Assembly (NCBI GenBank): GCA_951406725.2
Contig: OX597825.1
Span: 69,192,001 to 69,256,000 of the forward strand
DNA length: 64,000 bases
Source of the DNA: Octopus vulgaris
Taxonomy: Eukaryota
Direction of reading: 5' to 3'
The position numbers and the translations under genes were made by a program. The first letter of the stretch is position 1, and each line of letters opens with the position of its first letter. This document shows, in pieces, positions 1 to 14,082 of the stretch. The notes under the pieces are model-generated. The model saw nothing but the letters and a program-made list of their open reading frames with translations, was not told the DNA's origin and searched no databases.

Positions 1-611
1 CTATGTGTGTGTGTGTATTGTTGTTGTGTGTGTGTGTATATATGTGTGTGACAAACAGACGCTGTCTGACCAGCAGGCACACGGACACATCTATTCACAC
101 CCGCATACTCACCTCCCAATAACCCCAAAATCACTGATGCTTGAAGGGGAAGTATAAACCAAATTGGGTACATATCTTTTTTTCTCTCAATTCAACTTTT
201 CTGCTAAAACAAACAGGTCAGTAAAAAACAAATTCTCGCCTTCGATTCAAAATATTCTGAGATGTCTAAAATATCCATTTTAATTTTCTCTGTCAATATT
301 ACAAGCTTTCTCACCAAACTATTACACTTCCTTATGTCTTTAACATGTCATTTCTACCAAAGACTGTATATATATACATGTAATGTGACAATTTGCGACA
401 ACCAATAATTAACGCAACCAAATTTCCAATAATATATTTGTTTTATTCTTTTCTGCCAATTTTTCCAAATATTCTCATCACACTATTGAACTTTTTTATA
501 CTATATTTATACATGTAATGTGACAATTATGTATAAAAAAACATTCTTGAATTCATAATATTCAATGTGACAATTATGTAAAAAACTTTTTTGAACCCAT
601 AATATTCAATG

Positions 612-656
612 TTACTTTTGACAATCTTTTACCAAAGAGTGAAACCGGTTAAGTAA
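612..656 (+). ncRNA. Minimal type I hammerhead ribozyme, U3-A8 core variant
   Basis: Stem I TTACTT/AAGTAA; core TTGACAA; stem II TCTTT/AAAGA plus 2 unpaired nt; GAAA; palindromic stem III ACCGGT; cleavage triplet GUU. Confidence 0.7.
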
Positions 657-731
657 ATAAACATCGTTTAAATTGCATTTTCAAACCTTTTTTCATATAT
701 AATCCCACTCGTGCGATACCCCACAACTCAA

Positions 732-780
<49 letters not shown>

Positions 781-897
781 ATACATATATATATAGTTTA
801 TCCAAACATGGAAACGCAAAGAGAAAACATAACAACGCGAGGACGTGGAACAAGTATAGTGTTATTGGACGCTCAGGAAAGGAAAGAAAGAAGGAGG

Positions 898-932
898 ATT
901 TAACGTTTCGAGCGAAGCTCTTCGTCAGAAAC
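898..932 (-). ncRNA. Minimal type I hammerhead ribozyme, canonical core
   Basis: Minus strand reads GTTT CTGACGA A GAGC TTC GCTC GAAA CG TT AAAT; palindromic AACGTT stem III; lies in a ~210 bp element (about 796-1007) flanked by (TA)n. Confidence 0.85.
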
Positions 933-1057
933 ATAGGAAAAGGAAAGATCCAAAGAAGGGAAGACGGAAAAAAAAATCGCCAACGGTACACACGCGTTCA
1001 CATTTTGTATGTGATCGCATGTGCACCGTTTGAATATATATATATATATATATATAA

Positions 1058-1215
1058 GATGAGGTCTCAGAGAGATTTAGGTACTTGAAAACGTATGCAC
1101 CAGGTAGGTTTGGGAAATCTCTGTGGTTGAGGACTATGATTGGTAAAATTCGAAATATCAATTTGACTATTTCGGTAGTTTTCGGTAGTGTACGCAGAGA
1201 AATCAACCTTATGAT
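1058..1215 (-). pseudogene. Penelope-like element ORF relic (RT-to-endonuclease linker)
   Basis: With frameshifts reads FRIL..S.TTEIFPNLP..FK.PKSLRDLI, similar to the PLE linker pattern L..dp...iFp.pP...yr..kslrd.L. Confidence 0.45.
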
Positions 1216-1234
1216 TATTTAAATATGAACATAA

Positions 1235-1645
1235 GGCGCAGGAGTGACTGTGTGGTAAGTAGCTTGCTTACCAACCACATGGTTCCGGGTTCAGTCCCAC
1301 TGCGTGACACCTTGGGCAAGTGTATTCTACTATAGCCTTGGGTCGACCAAAGCCTTGTGAGTGGATTTCGTAGACGGAAACTGAAAGAAGCCCGTCGTAT
1401 ATATGTATATATATGTATGTATGTGTGTGTTTGTGTGTCTGTGTTTGTCCCCCTAGCATTGCTTGATACCCGATGCTGGTGTGTTTATGTCCCCGTTTCT
1501 TAGCGGTTCAGCAGAAAGAGACCGATAAAATAAGTACTGGGCTTACAAAAGAATAAGTCCCGGGGTCGAGTTGCTCGATTAAAGGCGGTGCTCCAGCATG
1601 GCCGCAGTCAAATGACTGAAACAAGTAAAAGAGTAAAAGAGTAAC
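1235..1645 (+). mobile_element. SINE family A (tRNA-derived head, internal microsatellite, (AAAGAGT)n tail)
   Basis: GGCGCAGGAGTG..GGTTCCGGGTTCAGTCCC head; CTTGGGCAAGTG core-like motif; >15 similar copies or fragments in the window. Confidence 0.9.
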
Positions 1646-2512
1646 AAGAATATGTTTAAAAATGCAAATATATATGTGTATACAGGGACAAAAACACATG
1701 CACGGACGCACGCACACACACACACGGACGGACGCACACACAAACACACTCAGTGTCACACATACTCGTCGTCAGACACACTCAGTGTCACACACACTGA
1801 ATATCACATATACTCAGTGTCACACACACGCATATATTAATTTTGCACGCACTCATGCAGATACACACATGCACACACTCATACGCATTTATGCACAAAG
1901 CACTTGCAAACTTTTATAGACAGAACATTAACCTACTGGCGAGAAATAGGAGCCAAAGAACCTTCATCAAATCACACTCTTTACCCTTTTACTTGTTTCA
2001 GTCATTTGACAGCGGCCATGCTGGAGCACCGCCTTTAATCGAGCAAACTCGACCCCGAGACTTATTCTTTTGTAAGCCCAGTACTTATTCTATCGGTCTC
2101 TTTTGCCGATCGGCTAAGTAACGGGGACATAAACACACCAGCATCGGTTGTCAAGCAATGCTAGGGGGGACAAACACTCGAACCACTTGAAATGTAACAA
2201 TCATACAATTCTCCAGACAGCGAAAATGATGGGATGGTCACAACTAGAATGTCTTTTATGAAACACCACCAACTCATTCACACTCATGCGCACTAAGAAG
2301 TAACTTAGAATACAAAGCCGTACAGGAGAAGATGTAGTTTAGCGTCCCCTTTTCAGCATGTACACATGAAGTAGTGCAGCAACTGCAATAGTCATGTAAC
2401 TACTCATACAACTTCAGCCACTTTAACGACAATCACAGAGGCTCACCATTATTACATCAATCTTTCATAATACTGCATTATATATATATATATATATATA
2501 CGTACACAAATA

Positions 2513-2578
<66 letters not shown>

Positions 2579-2700
2579 TATAAATATATATATATATATA
2601 TATATACATATATACATACATATATACATACATACATACACACGCACACACATATATATATATATAAATACATACATATACACACACATACACACACATA

Positions 2701-3673
<973 letters not shown>

Positions 3674-3890
3674 TTGTGTATGTGTATGTAACTATTTACG
3701 TATACATATGTATATACATGTGCGTGTATCTTTTATATGTGCATACACACATATATATATATTTCTTTACTGCCCACACGGGGCTAAACATAGAGGAGAC
3801 AAACAAAGACAGATAAAGGGATTAAGTCGATTACATCGACCCCAGTGCGTAACTGGTACTTAATTTATATACATTACGCCTATATACATA

Positions 3891-4298
3891 GGCGCAGGAG
3901 TGGCTGTGTGGTAAGTAGCTTGCTAAACAACCACATGGTTCCGGGTCCTGTCTCACTGCGTGGCATCTTCGGCAAGTGTCTTCTGCCATAGCCCCGGGCT
4001 GACCTATGCCTTGTGAGTGGATTTGGTAGACGGAAACTGAAAGAAGCCTGTCGTATATATGTATATATATATATGTATGCGTTTGTGTGTCTGTGTTTGT
4101 CCCCCTAGCATTGCTTGACAACCTATGCTGGTGTGTTTACGTCCCCGTTACTTAGCGGTTCGGCAAAAAAGACCGATAGAATAAGTACTGGGCTTACAAA
4201 GAATAAGTCCCGGGGTCGAGTTTGCTCGACAAAAGGCGGTGCTCCAGCATGGCGGCAGTCAAATGACTGAAACAAGTAAAAGGGTAAAAGAGTAAAAG
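3891..4298 (+). mobile_element. SINE family A
   Basis: Full-length copy. Confidence 0.9.
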
Positions 4299-4347
4299 AG
4301 AGAGTACCCATATATATATATATATACACACACACAGACGCAAATAC

Positions 4348-4454
<107 letters not shown>

Positions 4455-5160
4455 ATACACATACACACATACACAGACACACACAAACAGACACACAGAC
4501 ACACAGATGAAAGGCAAAGTCGACCTCGGCGGAATTTGAACTCAGAACGTAACGACAGACGAAATACCGCTAATAACGTGTCTGGTGTCTGTGTTTGAAC
4601 GTGTGTTTGTGCACTCACAATTGTATATGAATGCATATAGCAACATCTACATAACGGAAAAACTTACCTACATTACATTATAACATTTATATGAAACTTT
4701 CCTCTCGCGCTCTTACACAACATTATTAAAACTTCAAGTCTAATAACAGCACCGCCGATAGCAGCGAAAACAAGAGCAGAAGCTGCAGTAGTGACAGCGA
4801 AAACAGAAACAACATTTCCAACGATACATTCTCACCAGATAAAGATAACGCAGAGGATCTTACTATCATTCCAGCGAGAGGGAGAGAGAGAGAGAAAGAG
4901 GCACTTGCGGAAGCAGTGTTAATAGCTTTCAACGCTGAAAGACGGATCAGCTGTTTTGTGTGAGGTAGTTTACTTCTTGTTAAGTGCTCCGTTGGTTTGA
5001 ACAAACTCTCTCATTGCGGACATTCGAAAACAATTCATATTTTCAAAAGCTGAGGTACCAATTAATGTATATGCATGTGTGTGTGTGTGAGTGTGTGTCT
5101 GTGTATCTGTGTGTCTGAGTGTCTGTGTCTGTGTGTGTCCGTGTGTATGTGTATACATTC

Positions 5161-5234
<74 letters not shown>

Positions 5235-5341
5235 GTGTAATGTATACATAGGCAAGTCTGTTTTACAAATGCACACAAACAACGCATACATACGTAATAT
5301 ATACATATAATATATATATATATACATACACACACACACAC

Positions 5342-5409
<68 letters not shown>

Positions 5410-5445
5410 GTGTACATTTATAAGTGTATATATATATATGTATGA

Positions 5446-5476
<31 letters not shown>

Positions 5477-5720
5477 AGTGTATATGTGTGTGTGTGTATG
5501 TGTGTGTTTGTGTGTGTGTGTGTGGGGGGGTGAATCGTCTCCACGTGACGATGTAAACAACTAGAAGGTAATCGGACCTGATTATATATATATATATATA
5601 CACACACACATATATTTATCTTTTCATCGGCAGGAGTATTTACAACATGGATCAAGAACGGAGAGTTTCGTGCACTGTGGAACTTTGAATCACTTCGTAA
5701 TTTCTGCTAATTAGAATAAT

Positions 5721-5753
5721 ATACATACATACATACATACATACATACATACA

Positions 5754-5787
<34 letters not shown>

Positions 5788-6175
5788 CATACATACATAC
5801 ATACATACATACATACGTACGTACATAAATACATACATACATACATGCATACATACATACATACATACATACATACACACATGCATACACACATACATAC
5901 ATACATACATGCATACATACACACATACATACATATATACATACATGCATACATACATACATACACACATACATACACACACATACATACATACATACAT
6001 ACATGCATACACACATAGATACATACATACATGCATACATACATTCATACATGCATACACACATACATACATACACACATACATACATACATACATACAT
6101 GCATGCATTCATACATACATACATACACACATACATACACGCATGCATACATACATACATACAACCATACATACA

Positions 6176-6206
<31 letters not shown>

Positions 6207-6220
6207 GCATATGCATATGT
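5721..6220 (+). repeat. (TACA)n tetranucleotide microsatellite
   Basis: Direct reading; similar (TATG)n at 38220-38720. Confidence 0.95.
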
Positions 6221-6846
6221 AAATAAGATGTCTTGAGTTCGTTTTTTTTCTCTATGTATCACCAAACCCATGAAAATACATGAAAAGAAAATGTATATTC
6301 ATACACATACCCATACATACCCATGCATATGATTTATGTTACAATTTCAGAAACTCTTCATCATTGTTCAAAATCGCAATAAAGTGTTTTAAAGTCTTGA
6401 AGATTTCTTTACTATTAAACACATGTGTATATGTGTGCATGTGTGTAACTATCTATCTATGTATTGTATCTATATAATCATAAATGCTCACTATATCATT
6501 ATACGTATGTATTTTTCTTATAGAATACTCAATAATTTATATGATTGAGTACGTTTTTCACATATCATGTTTTATATATATATATATATATATGTATATT
6601 TATTTACCATAGTGTCATTTTTGTCGCCCTCTTGTGTTATGCATTTTTCTCGTTGTAAAAGCATAAGTTGATGTTTAATCCCAGGATGTTATCAAGTGAT
6701 ATAAGTTTAAATTCATACATACATACACATACGTAGACAAGTATGTTACATGCAAATCCTTAACTTTGTGTATATATGTATACACACACACACACACACA
6801 CACATACACACACACACACACACATACACACACACACACACACACT

Positions 6847-6881
<35 letters not shown>

Positions 6882-7662
6882 GTGGACTCGCGGTTGTAGA
6901 ATCGCGGTTTCAATTCCCAGACTGGGCGTTGTGAGTGTTTATTGAGCGAAAACACCGAGGCTCCGGCAGGGGGTGGTGGCGATCCCTGCTGTACTCTTTC
7001 GCCGCGACTTTCTCTCACTCTTTCTTCTGTTGGCCTGCTCGCTTAGCCAGCTGGGTGGCGTCATTCGAAGGCTAAAACAATGCGAACGCATTGTGACCAG
7101 CGATGTGTAACAACATCTGATAGCCTGGTCGGTCACGGTGATCACGGTGATATATATATTATGTGAAGACGCGTGGCTCAGTGGTTAGAGCGTCGAGCTT
7201 ACGATCGTGAGGTTGTGAGCTCGAATCCCGGACCGGACTGCGTGTTGTGTTCTTGAGCAAGACACTTTATTTCACGTTGCTCCACTTCACTCAGCTCTAG
7301 AAATGTGTTGCGACGTAACTGGCGGCGTGGAGAGGGGGAGGCCGGTATTCATGGTCGACTGCTGGCCTTCCATAAACAACATTGCCCGGACTTGTGCCTG
7401 GGAGGGTAACTTTCTAGGTGCAATCCCATGGTCTGTGTCGTGACCGAAGGGGGTCTCAGAATATATATCATAATGAATAGTTGCGTACGCTTGGTTGCGT
7501 GTGCATGCGTGTGTGTTTATGTGTGTGTGTTCTGGGTTTGTATGTGTAAACGAAGAGAATTCAGCACCAATAAAATTACCCATCCCCCAACCAATTTGTA
7601 AAAATTGAAATAATACATTTATGTCCAATCGAACATGTAATTATTGCGTAAAAATAAAATTA

Positions 7663-8061
7663 GGCGCAGGAGTGGCTGTGTGGTAAGTAGCTTGTTTACA
7701 AACCACATGGTTTCGGGTTCAGTCCCACTGCGTGGCACCTTGGGCAAGTGTCTTCTACTATAGCCTCGGGCCGACCAAAGCCTTGTGAGTGGATTTGGTA
7801 GACGGAAACTGAAAGAAGCCCGTCGTATATATGTATATATCTATATGTGTGTTTGTGTGTTTGTGTCCCCCTAGCATTGCTTGACAACCGATGCTGGTGT
7901 GTTTATGTCCCCGTTACTTAGCGGTTCGGCAAAAGAGACCGATAGAATAAGTACTGGGCTTTTCAAAAGAATAAGTCCCGGGGTCGAGTTTGCTCGATTA
8001 AAGGCGGTGCTCCAGCATGGCCGCAGTCAAATGACTGAAACCAGTAAAAGAGTAAAGAGTA
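7663..8061 (+). mobile_element. SINE family A
   Basis: Full-length copy. Confidence 0.9.
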
Positions 8062-8359
8062 AGATTATCCACATACCGTCGGTATTATATTTAGGCCCGC
8101 CACACACCTTACACACACACATATACACACATATGTATACGCATTGGCTAACGTGCACACACGCACTCTTACACACACGCACTCTTACACACGTAGAAAA
8201 AAATTCTCGATACACATAACTAAGTCGGCATTTATATAAAACTGCATATAACATTATATAACTATATAAGTTTTTAGCACGTAGGAAGATATGTATATAA
8301 TACACACACACACTCATACACACACACATACACATAGGTGTGTGCGTGTGTACATCTTT

Positions 8360-8366
8360 ATCATCC

Positions 8367-8413
<47 letters not shown>

Positions 8414-8451
8414 CGTCTTTCTATCTATCTATCTATCTATCTATCTATCCG

Positions 8452-8550
<99 letters not shown>

Positions 8551-8747
8551 GTCTGTCTATCTATCTTTCTGTCTGTCTTCCTCTTCCCTTTTTTTCCTCT
8601 TTTTTCTTTTTATTCTTTTGTTTCTTTTTTTCCTTTTTCCTTTTTGATCGAAAACCTACGCCACTTTTTTTTTCATCCCCCAAAAGAAAAGCTCTACCTT
8701 GTAATTTGTCCCATCTGTGTGCAGCCCTGTGTGGCCAATAAAGAAAC

Positions 8748-8835
<88 letters not shown>

Positions 8836-8884
8836 TTACCTACCTACCTACCTACCTACATACCTGTCTGTCTATCTATCTATA

Positions 8885-8937
<53 letters not shown>

Positions 8938-8942
8938 GTCTG

Positions 8943-9036
<94 letters not shown>

Positions 9037-9045
9037 AGTCTATCT
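8360..9045 (+). repeat. (TCTA)n microsatellite blocks
   Basis: Direct reading. Confidence 0.95.
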
Positions 9046-9276
9046 AAATATATAAATATATATGTATGCATGTGTGTGTGTGTGTATGTGTGTGTGTGTG
9101 TGAGTGAGTGAGTAAGGGAGGGTCGGTGTCCATATGTGTGCAAGTTATGTATGTGATTATATGCAATAAATTACTTCAGTCCTTTTATTTGATTGAATTT
9201 CGGAATTCGTAAATCAGAAACGTCAATAACGCTCTTATTATATTAGTTGTAATTTTCAACCAAAATCGCTGTGAGC

Positions 9277-9278
<2 letters not shown>

Positions 9279-9349
<71 letters not shown>

Positions 9350-9368
9350 GAGAGAGAATGAAAGAAAC

Positions 9369-9406
<38 letters not shown>

Positions 9407-9468
9407 GAACGAGAGAATGAAAGAAACTAAGAAAGAGAGAGAGAGATAGGAGAACGAGAGAATGAAAG

Positions 9469-9512
<44 letters not shown>

Positions 9513-9825
9513 GAGAACGAGAGAATGAAAGAAACTAAAAAAGAGAGAGAGAGAGCGAAAGAGAGAGAGAAAGGAGAACGAGAGAATGAAAGAAACTAAG
9601 AAAGAAAGAGAGAGAGAGAGAGATAGGAGAACGAGAGAATGAAAGAAACTAAGAAAGAGAGAGAGATAGAGAGAGAGAGAGATAGGAGAACGAGAGAATG
9701 AAAGAAACTAAAAAAGAGAGAGAGAGAGCGAAAGAGAGAGAGAAAGGAGAACGAGAGAATGAAAGAAACTAAGAAAGAGAGAGAGAGAGAGAGAGAGATA
9801 GGAGAACGAGAGAATGAAAGAAACT

Positions 9826-9857
<32 letters not shown>

Positions 9858-9935
9858 TAGGAGAACGAGAGAATGAAAGAAACTAAGAAAGAGAGAGAGA
9901 GAGAGAGGGAGAGAGAGACAGAGAGAGAGAGAGAG
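9279..9935 (+). repeat. Purine-rich minisatellite GGAGAACGAGAGAATGAAAGAAACTAAGAA(AG)n
   Basis: About 11 units of ~45-55 bp with variable (AG)n spacer. Confidence 0.9.
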
Positions 9936-10319
9936 TGTGTGTGTGTGTGTGTGTGTGTATACACTTGTGTGTAAGAAAGAAAAAATTAATGGAATGTTTA
10001 TTTAATAAAGGTGCACATTTACAAACACAACACAAACAATAAACAGAAAAGGTAAACAACAACTACAACAACTAAAGAACAAAAAAAACAAACTGTTAAC
10101 TAACAAGTAAGAAACAAGGAATAAATCTAAAAGCCGAAATTTCGATCGATTTGACAGGAATAGATAAAGAAAGGAAGGAAGGAAGAAAGGAAGGAAGGAA
10201 GGAAGAGGGGAGGAAGGAAGGAAAGAAGGAAGGAAGGAAGTGTGAGGAAGAATGACCAAAGCGAAACCAATACAAACAAATAAATAAATAATGATATATA
10301 CATGCATATGTGTGTGTGT

Positions 10320-10382
<63 letters not shown>

Positions 10383-11080
10383 TGTGTGTGTGTGGTAAAG
10401 TAAATAAAAAAAAAATATGGTAAAATATACTACAACAAAAGACCGAATGTAAAGGATTTGGCCAATTGTAGCGTGTTCTACCGTAAGATTATGCCACAGC
10501 GACAGAAAGAGCGGGAAGATGAGCGGTGAAGTGAAGAGGGTGGAGTCGGGGAGGATTTAATCGGCAAAAGACAACTATAGGGTGGGAGGGAGACAGAGAG
10601 AGAGAGAGAGAGAGAGAGAAGGAGGGGAAGAGAAAGAGGGGAAGAGAGAAGAGAGAAAAGAGAGAGAGAGAGAGTGGCTGATGGAGAAGTGACAGAGAAG
10701 GTGAGAAAGAGAGGGAGATATAGGACGTAAGGAATTTTGAAGACAGTCGTCATCGTTGATTTCCTCACACCGGCTTCTGAGACGCACAGACACACAGACA
10801 CACGCTTATACATAGTTACTGTAACACCCAAACACATACACACGCACACACAGACACGCGCGCGAGCATACTCACACACACACACAGGCACGCACATACA
10901 GACACACGCAAACATACGTATGCACATGCAAATATACATAAATACACACACATGCGCACACACACATACATGTACCATCGTCCACCTTTTTCTTCCCGTT
11001 CGCTGTGAACGTCAAGAATTCTTTCTTAATGCCATTTCGGGGACCAGGTAGTTATCACGAACAGTCCTTGCTGTGTCAAT

Positions 11081-11552
11081 ATGGTTCGAGGAAACAGCTA
11101 TTATTGTTATTCTTCATCTTCTTTCATACTTTGTAATACTTTTTGCCTTACCGTTTCTTTAATTTGCGCCGGCCAACTGTTGCTGGTTTTCGGAAGAGCT
11201 GAGGCAGGGCAGGGCCACATGAAAGTCCCGAGTGCTATGTCTAGCGAAAAACCCCGGACAGTTTTAGGGAAATACGGTAATTATACTTGGCCAAACCGTC
11301 AACTTGCTTCTAAAATCGACGGCGAAATCGTAATCGGAGCTTTACACATGATTCATGAGAGGAGCGAAGAGATGATCTGTGGCGCCATCATGCCGGACGG
11401 CGGTATACAGGCGCTGGAAGTTATGCTTTACACCATAGATCAGATAAATAAGGACCCTGACTTCTTACCTGGGATAAGGTTGGGTGTCCTTGCAAAGGAT
11501 GACTGCGACCGGGACATCTACGGACTTGAGCAATCAGTCGACTTTATCAGAG
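11081..11552 (+). CDS. First coding exon of a class C GPCR (metabotropic glutamate receptor family; mXR/mangetout-like): signal peptide plus start of Venus flytrap domain
   Basis: ATG at 11081 and hydrophobic signal peptide, then KIDGEIVIGAL..IHE..CG..GGIQALEVMLYTIDQINKDPDFLPGIRLG..DDCDRDIYGLEQSVDFIRG, typical of the mGluR N-terminus. Ends at a phase-1 donor AG|GTTAGT (intron starts 11553). No downstream exon recognised in the window. Confidence 0.95.
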
Positions 11553-11561
11553 GTTAGTGTT

Positions 11562-11768
11562 AACTACTACTACTACTACTACTACTGATAATAATAATAA
11601 TAATAGTAATACGATAAATCATCATCATCATCATCATCATTAATGTTTTCATTATTATTATTATTATTATTATTAATATTATTATTATTATTATTATTAT
11701 TATCATTATTATTATTATCATCATTATTATTATTATCATCATTATTATCATCATCATCATCATCATCA

Positions 11769-11841
<73 letters not shown>

Positions 11842-12075
11842 CATCAAGGCGGCGAGTTGGCAGAATCGTTAGCATGCCGGGTGGAAATGCTTCGCAGCAT
11901 TTCGTCCGTCTTCGCGTTGTGAGTTCAAATACCGCCGAGGTCGACTTTACCTTTCATCCTCTCGAGGTCGATAAAATAAGTACCAGTTACACACTGGGGT
12001 CGATGTAATCGACTTATATCCTTCCCCGAAATTGCTGGCCTTGTGTCAAAATTTCAAATCATCATCATCATCATC

Positions 12076-12136
<61 letters not shown>

Positions 12137-12182
12137 CCACCATCATCATCATCGTCGTCATCCTCATCCTCATCACTATTAA

Positions 12183-12216
<34 letters not shown>

Positions 12217-12240
12217 ATTATAATATTATTATTATTAATT
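11562..12240 (+). repeat. Compound trinucleotide microsatellites (CTA/ATA/TCA/TTA) at the intron start
   Basis: Direct reading; interrupted by SINE B. Confidence 0.95.
11848..12060 (+). mobile_element. SINE family B (Meta-domain-like centre), older tail type
   Basis: GGCGGCGAGTTGGCAGAATCGTTAGC head, GAGTTCAAAT B box, CCTTTCATCCT..GGTCGATAAAATAAGTACCAG centre. Confidence 0.8.
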
Positions 12241-12918
12241 ACTCTCATGGCATGCCTTGCACCCTATCTTCTTTAAGCTCCAGTAAGCAATGAAAGTGAT
12301 GGTGGGGAGGGGAGTTTTATCGCTTGGTTGAATTTGGTTAAAATCTGCATGCGAGAAGGACAAGAACAGCTGCGGAAATGTATCTGAGCTCAGTATGCGC
12401 AAATGCTTCCTCCTGGCAGCTGGGTGAGGGCACTTGCGCCTGGAAGTTCGGACAATCATAAATCTGTGCGATTTACTTTTCATCGATCTCGTATTTTAAC
12501 ACCTTGTTTCATACAGTTTCTAAATGCAAAATTTTTAATGCCTACCTATATTTTTTAAATTTTCGTCATGGATTATGCGTAAATTGCCATCGCATCGTCT
12601 TTGTAATTAGCCCTTTTCAAAGTATTGTGTGACCAGCACCAAGAAGGTAGCGGCTGTGGCGCAGAGAGTTTGCGACCCTGTATCAGTCCTATGTTGTACC
12701 GCTACATTTTATTTCGTGTCACTCTAACAGCAAAGAAAATGCACCTAAGGAGCGGACCGACTTCAACTTTACAACACTTATTAAATTGTCTTTAAACAAA
12801 TCACCGCAAATTTAAATAATGAATACAACTCGACAAAATCTGTTATCATTGTTATTCCGTCATAATAATCATGTTAGTAGTACTTTTTTCTCAATTCTAG
12901 TACACGCACACACACATA

Positions 12919-12979
<61 letters not shown>

Positions 12980-13055
12980 CAGTTCTATATTTAACAGGTG
13001 AGGAATTATGTACATTATTTACAGTTGACGAATATTTGTCATCTTGTTTGTTGTT

Positions 13056-13101
13056 AACACAATGTGTCTGCTGATATACCCTCCAACCTTCATCAGGTGT
13101 C
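13056..13101 (-). ncRNA. Degenerate type I hammerhead (GAAA damaged)
   Basis: GACAC CTGATGA A GGTTGG..TCAGCA GACA CATT GTGTT; stem I GACAC/GTGTT. Confidence 0.6.
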
Positions 13102-13239
13102 TTGGGGAAATTTCGAACCTGGGTTCTCATTCGCAAGGTATTTTTCGATGGTGGTGGTGTTGTTGTTGTTGCTCTTCTTGTTCTTGTTGTTGTTGTTGTT
13201 GTTGTTCTTCTTCTTCTTCTTCTTCTTCTTCTTCTTCTT

Positions 13240-13336
<97 letters not shown>

Positions 13337-13425
13337 TCACTGCCTGAAATCAAACTCGGAATCTTGGGGTTTGCAGCCCGCACTCTTAACCCAAGATTCC
13401 GAGTTCGATTCCAGGCGGTGACCTG

Positions 13426-13501
<76 letters not shown>

Positions 13502-13562
13502 CAACAACAACAACATCGAAAAATACCTTGCGAATGAGAACCCAGGTTCGAAATTTCCCCAA

Positions 13563-13606
13563 GACACCTGATGAAGGTTGGAGGGTATATCAGCTGAAAT
13601 ATTGTT
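13563..13606 (+). ncRNA. Degenerate type I hammerhead
   Basis: GACAC CTGATGA A GGTTGG AGGGTATA TCAGCT GAAA TATT GTT; stems III and I partly eroded. Confidence 0.65.
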
Positions 13607-13743
13607 AACAACAAACAAGATGAGGACAAATATCCGTGAAATGTAAATAATGTGAATAATGTATATGTGTGTGTATGTGTGCGTGCGTACGTGTGTGTCT
13701 GTGTATGCCTGTGTGTATGTATGTATATTTGTATGTATATATG

Positions 13744-13818
<75 letters not shown>

Positions 13819-13821
<3 letters not shown>

Positions 13822-14038
13822 CATAAGGGACTAAAGCCATCTGAATATGGCTAGGGACAGGGCGGGTGGTGGGGGTGTTACTGTTGCATTTAGCCCCAGG
13901 CGAACATCGACGTCTGGGGCTAAATGCAACAGTAACACCCCCACCACCCTGCCCTGTCCCTAGCCATATTCAGATGGCTTTAGTCCCTTATGTTATCGAG
14001 CAGTTACTGTCTATATCTATTTTAGAGAATTATTATTG

Positions 14039-14040
<2 letters not shown>
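13819..14040 (+). mobile_element. Fold-back insertion in (TA)n (inverted partial copy plus longer direct copy)
   Basis: Near-perfect ~80 bp inverted arms 13819-13898 / 13914-13995; right arm continues ~45 nt before (TA)n resumes. Confidence 0.7.

Positions 14041-14082
<42 letters not shown>

Larger units (their letters stand above)
12977..13660. mobile_element. Fold-back pair of a tRNA-headed, hammerhead-tailed SINE-like element, starting from a (TA)n tract
   Basis: Minus copy 13391->12977 and plus copy 13390->13660 are inverted copies. Head GGTTAAGAGTGCGGGCTGCAAACCCCAAGATTCCGAGTTYGATTYCAGG has a B box, followed by (TAA)n(CAA)n, then a CTGATGA hammerhead, then a tail. Confidence 0.8.

Noticed and set aside
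5660-5706. Minus-strand GTG..CAC GAAACTC hammerhead-like piece
   Set aside because: 5' core and stem I absent; insufficient evidence
11553-11557. Stop codon ending the 158 aa ORF as a complete small protein
   Set aside because: The TAG lies inside the GTTAGT splice donor and the domain is incomplete, so this is an exon-intron boundary
13332-13426. tRNA-Cys-like gene
   Set aside because: No intact acceptor stem or full D arm; it is a SINE-type head. The same applies to other SINE heads.
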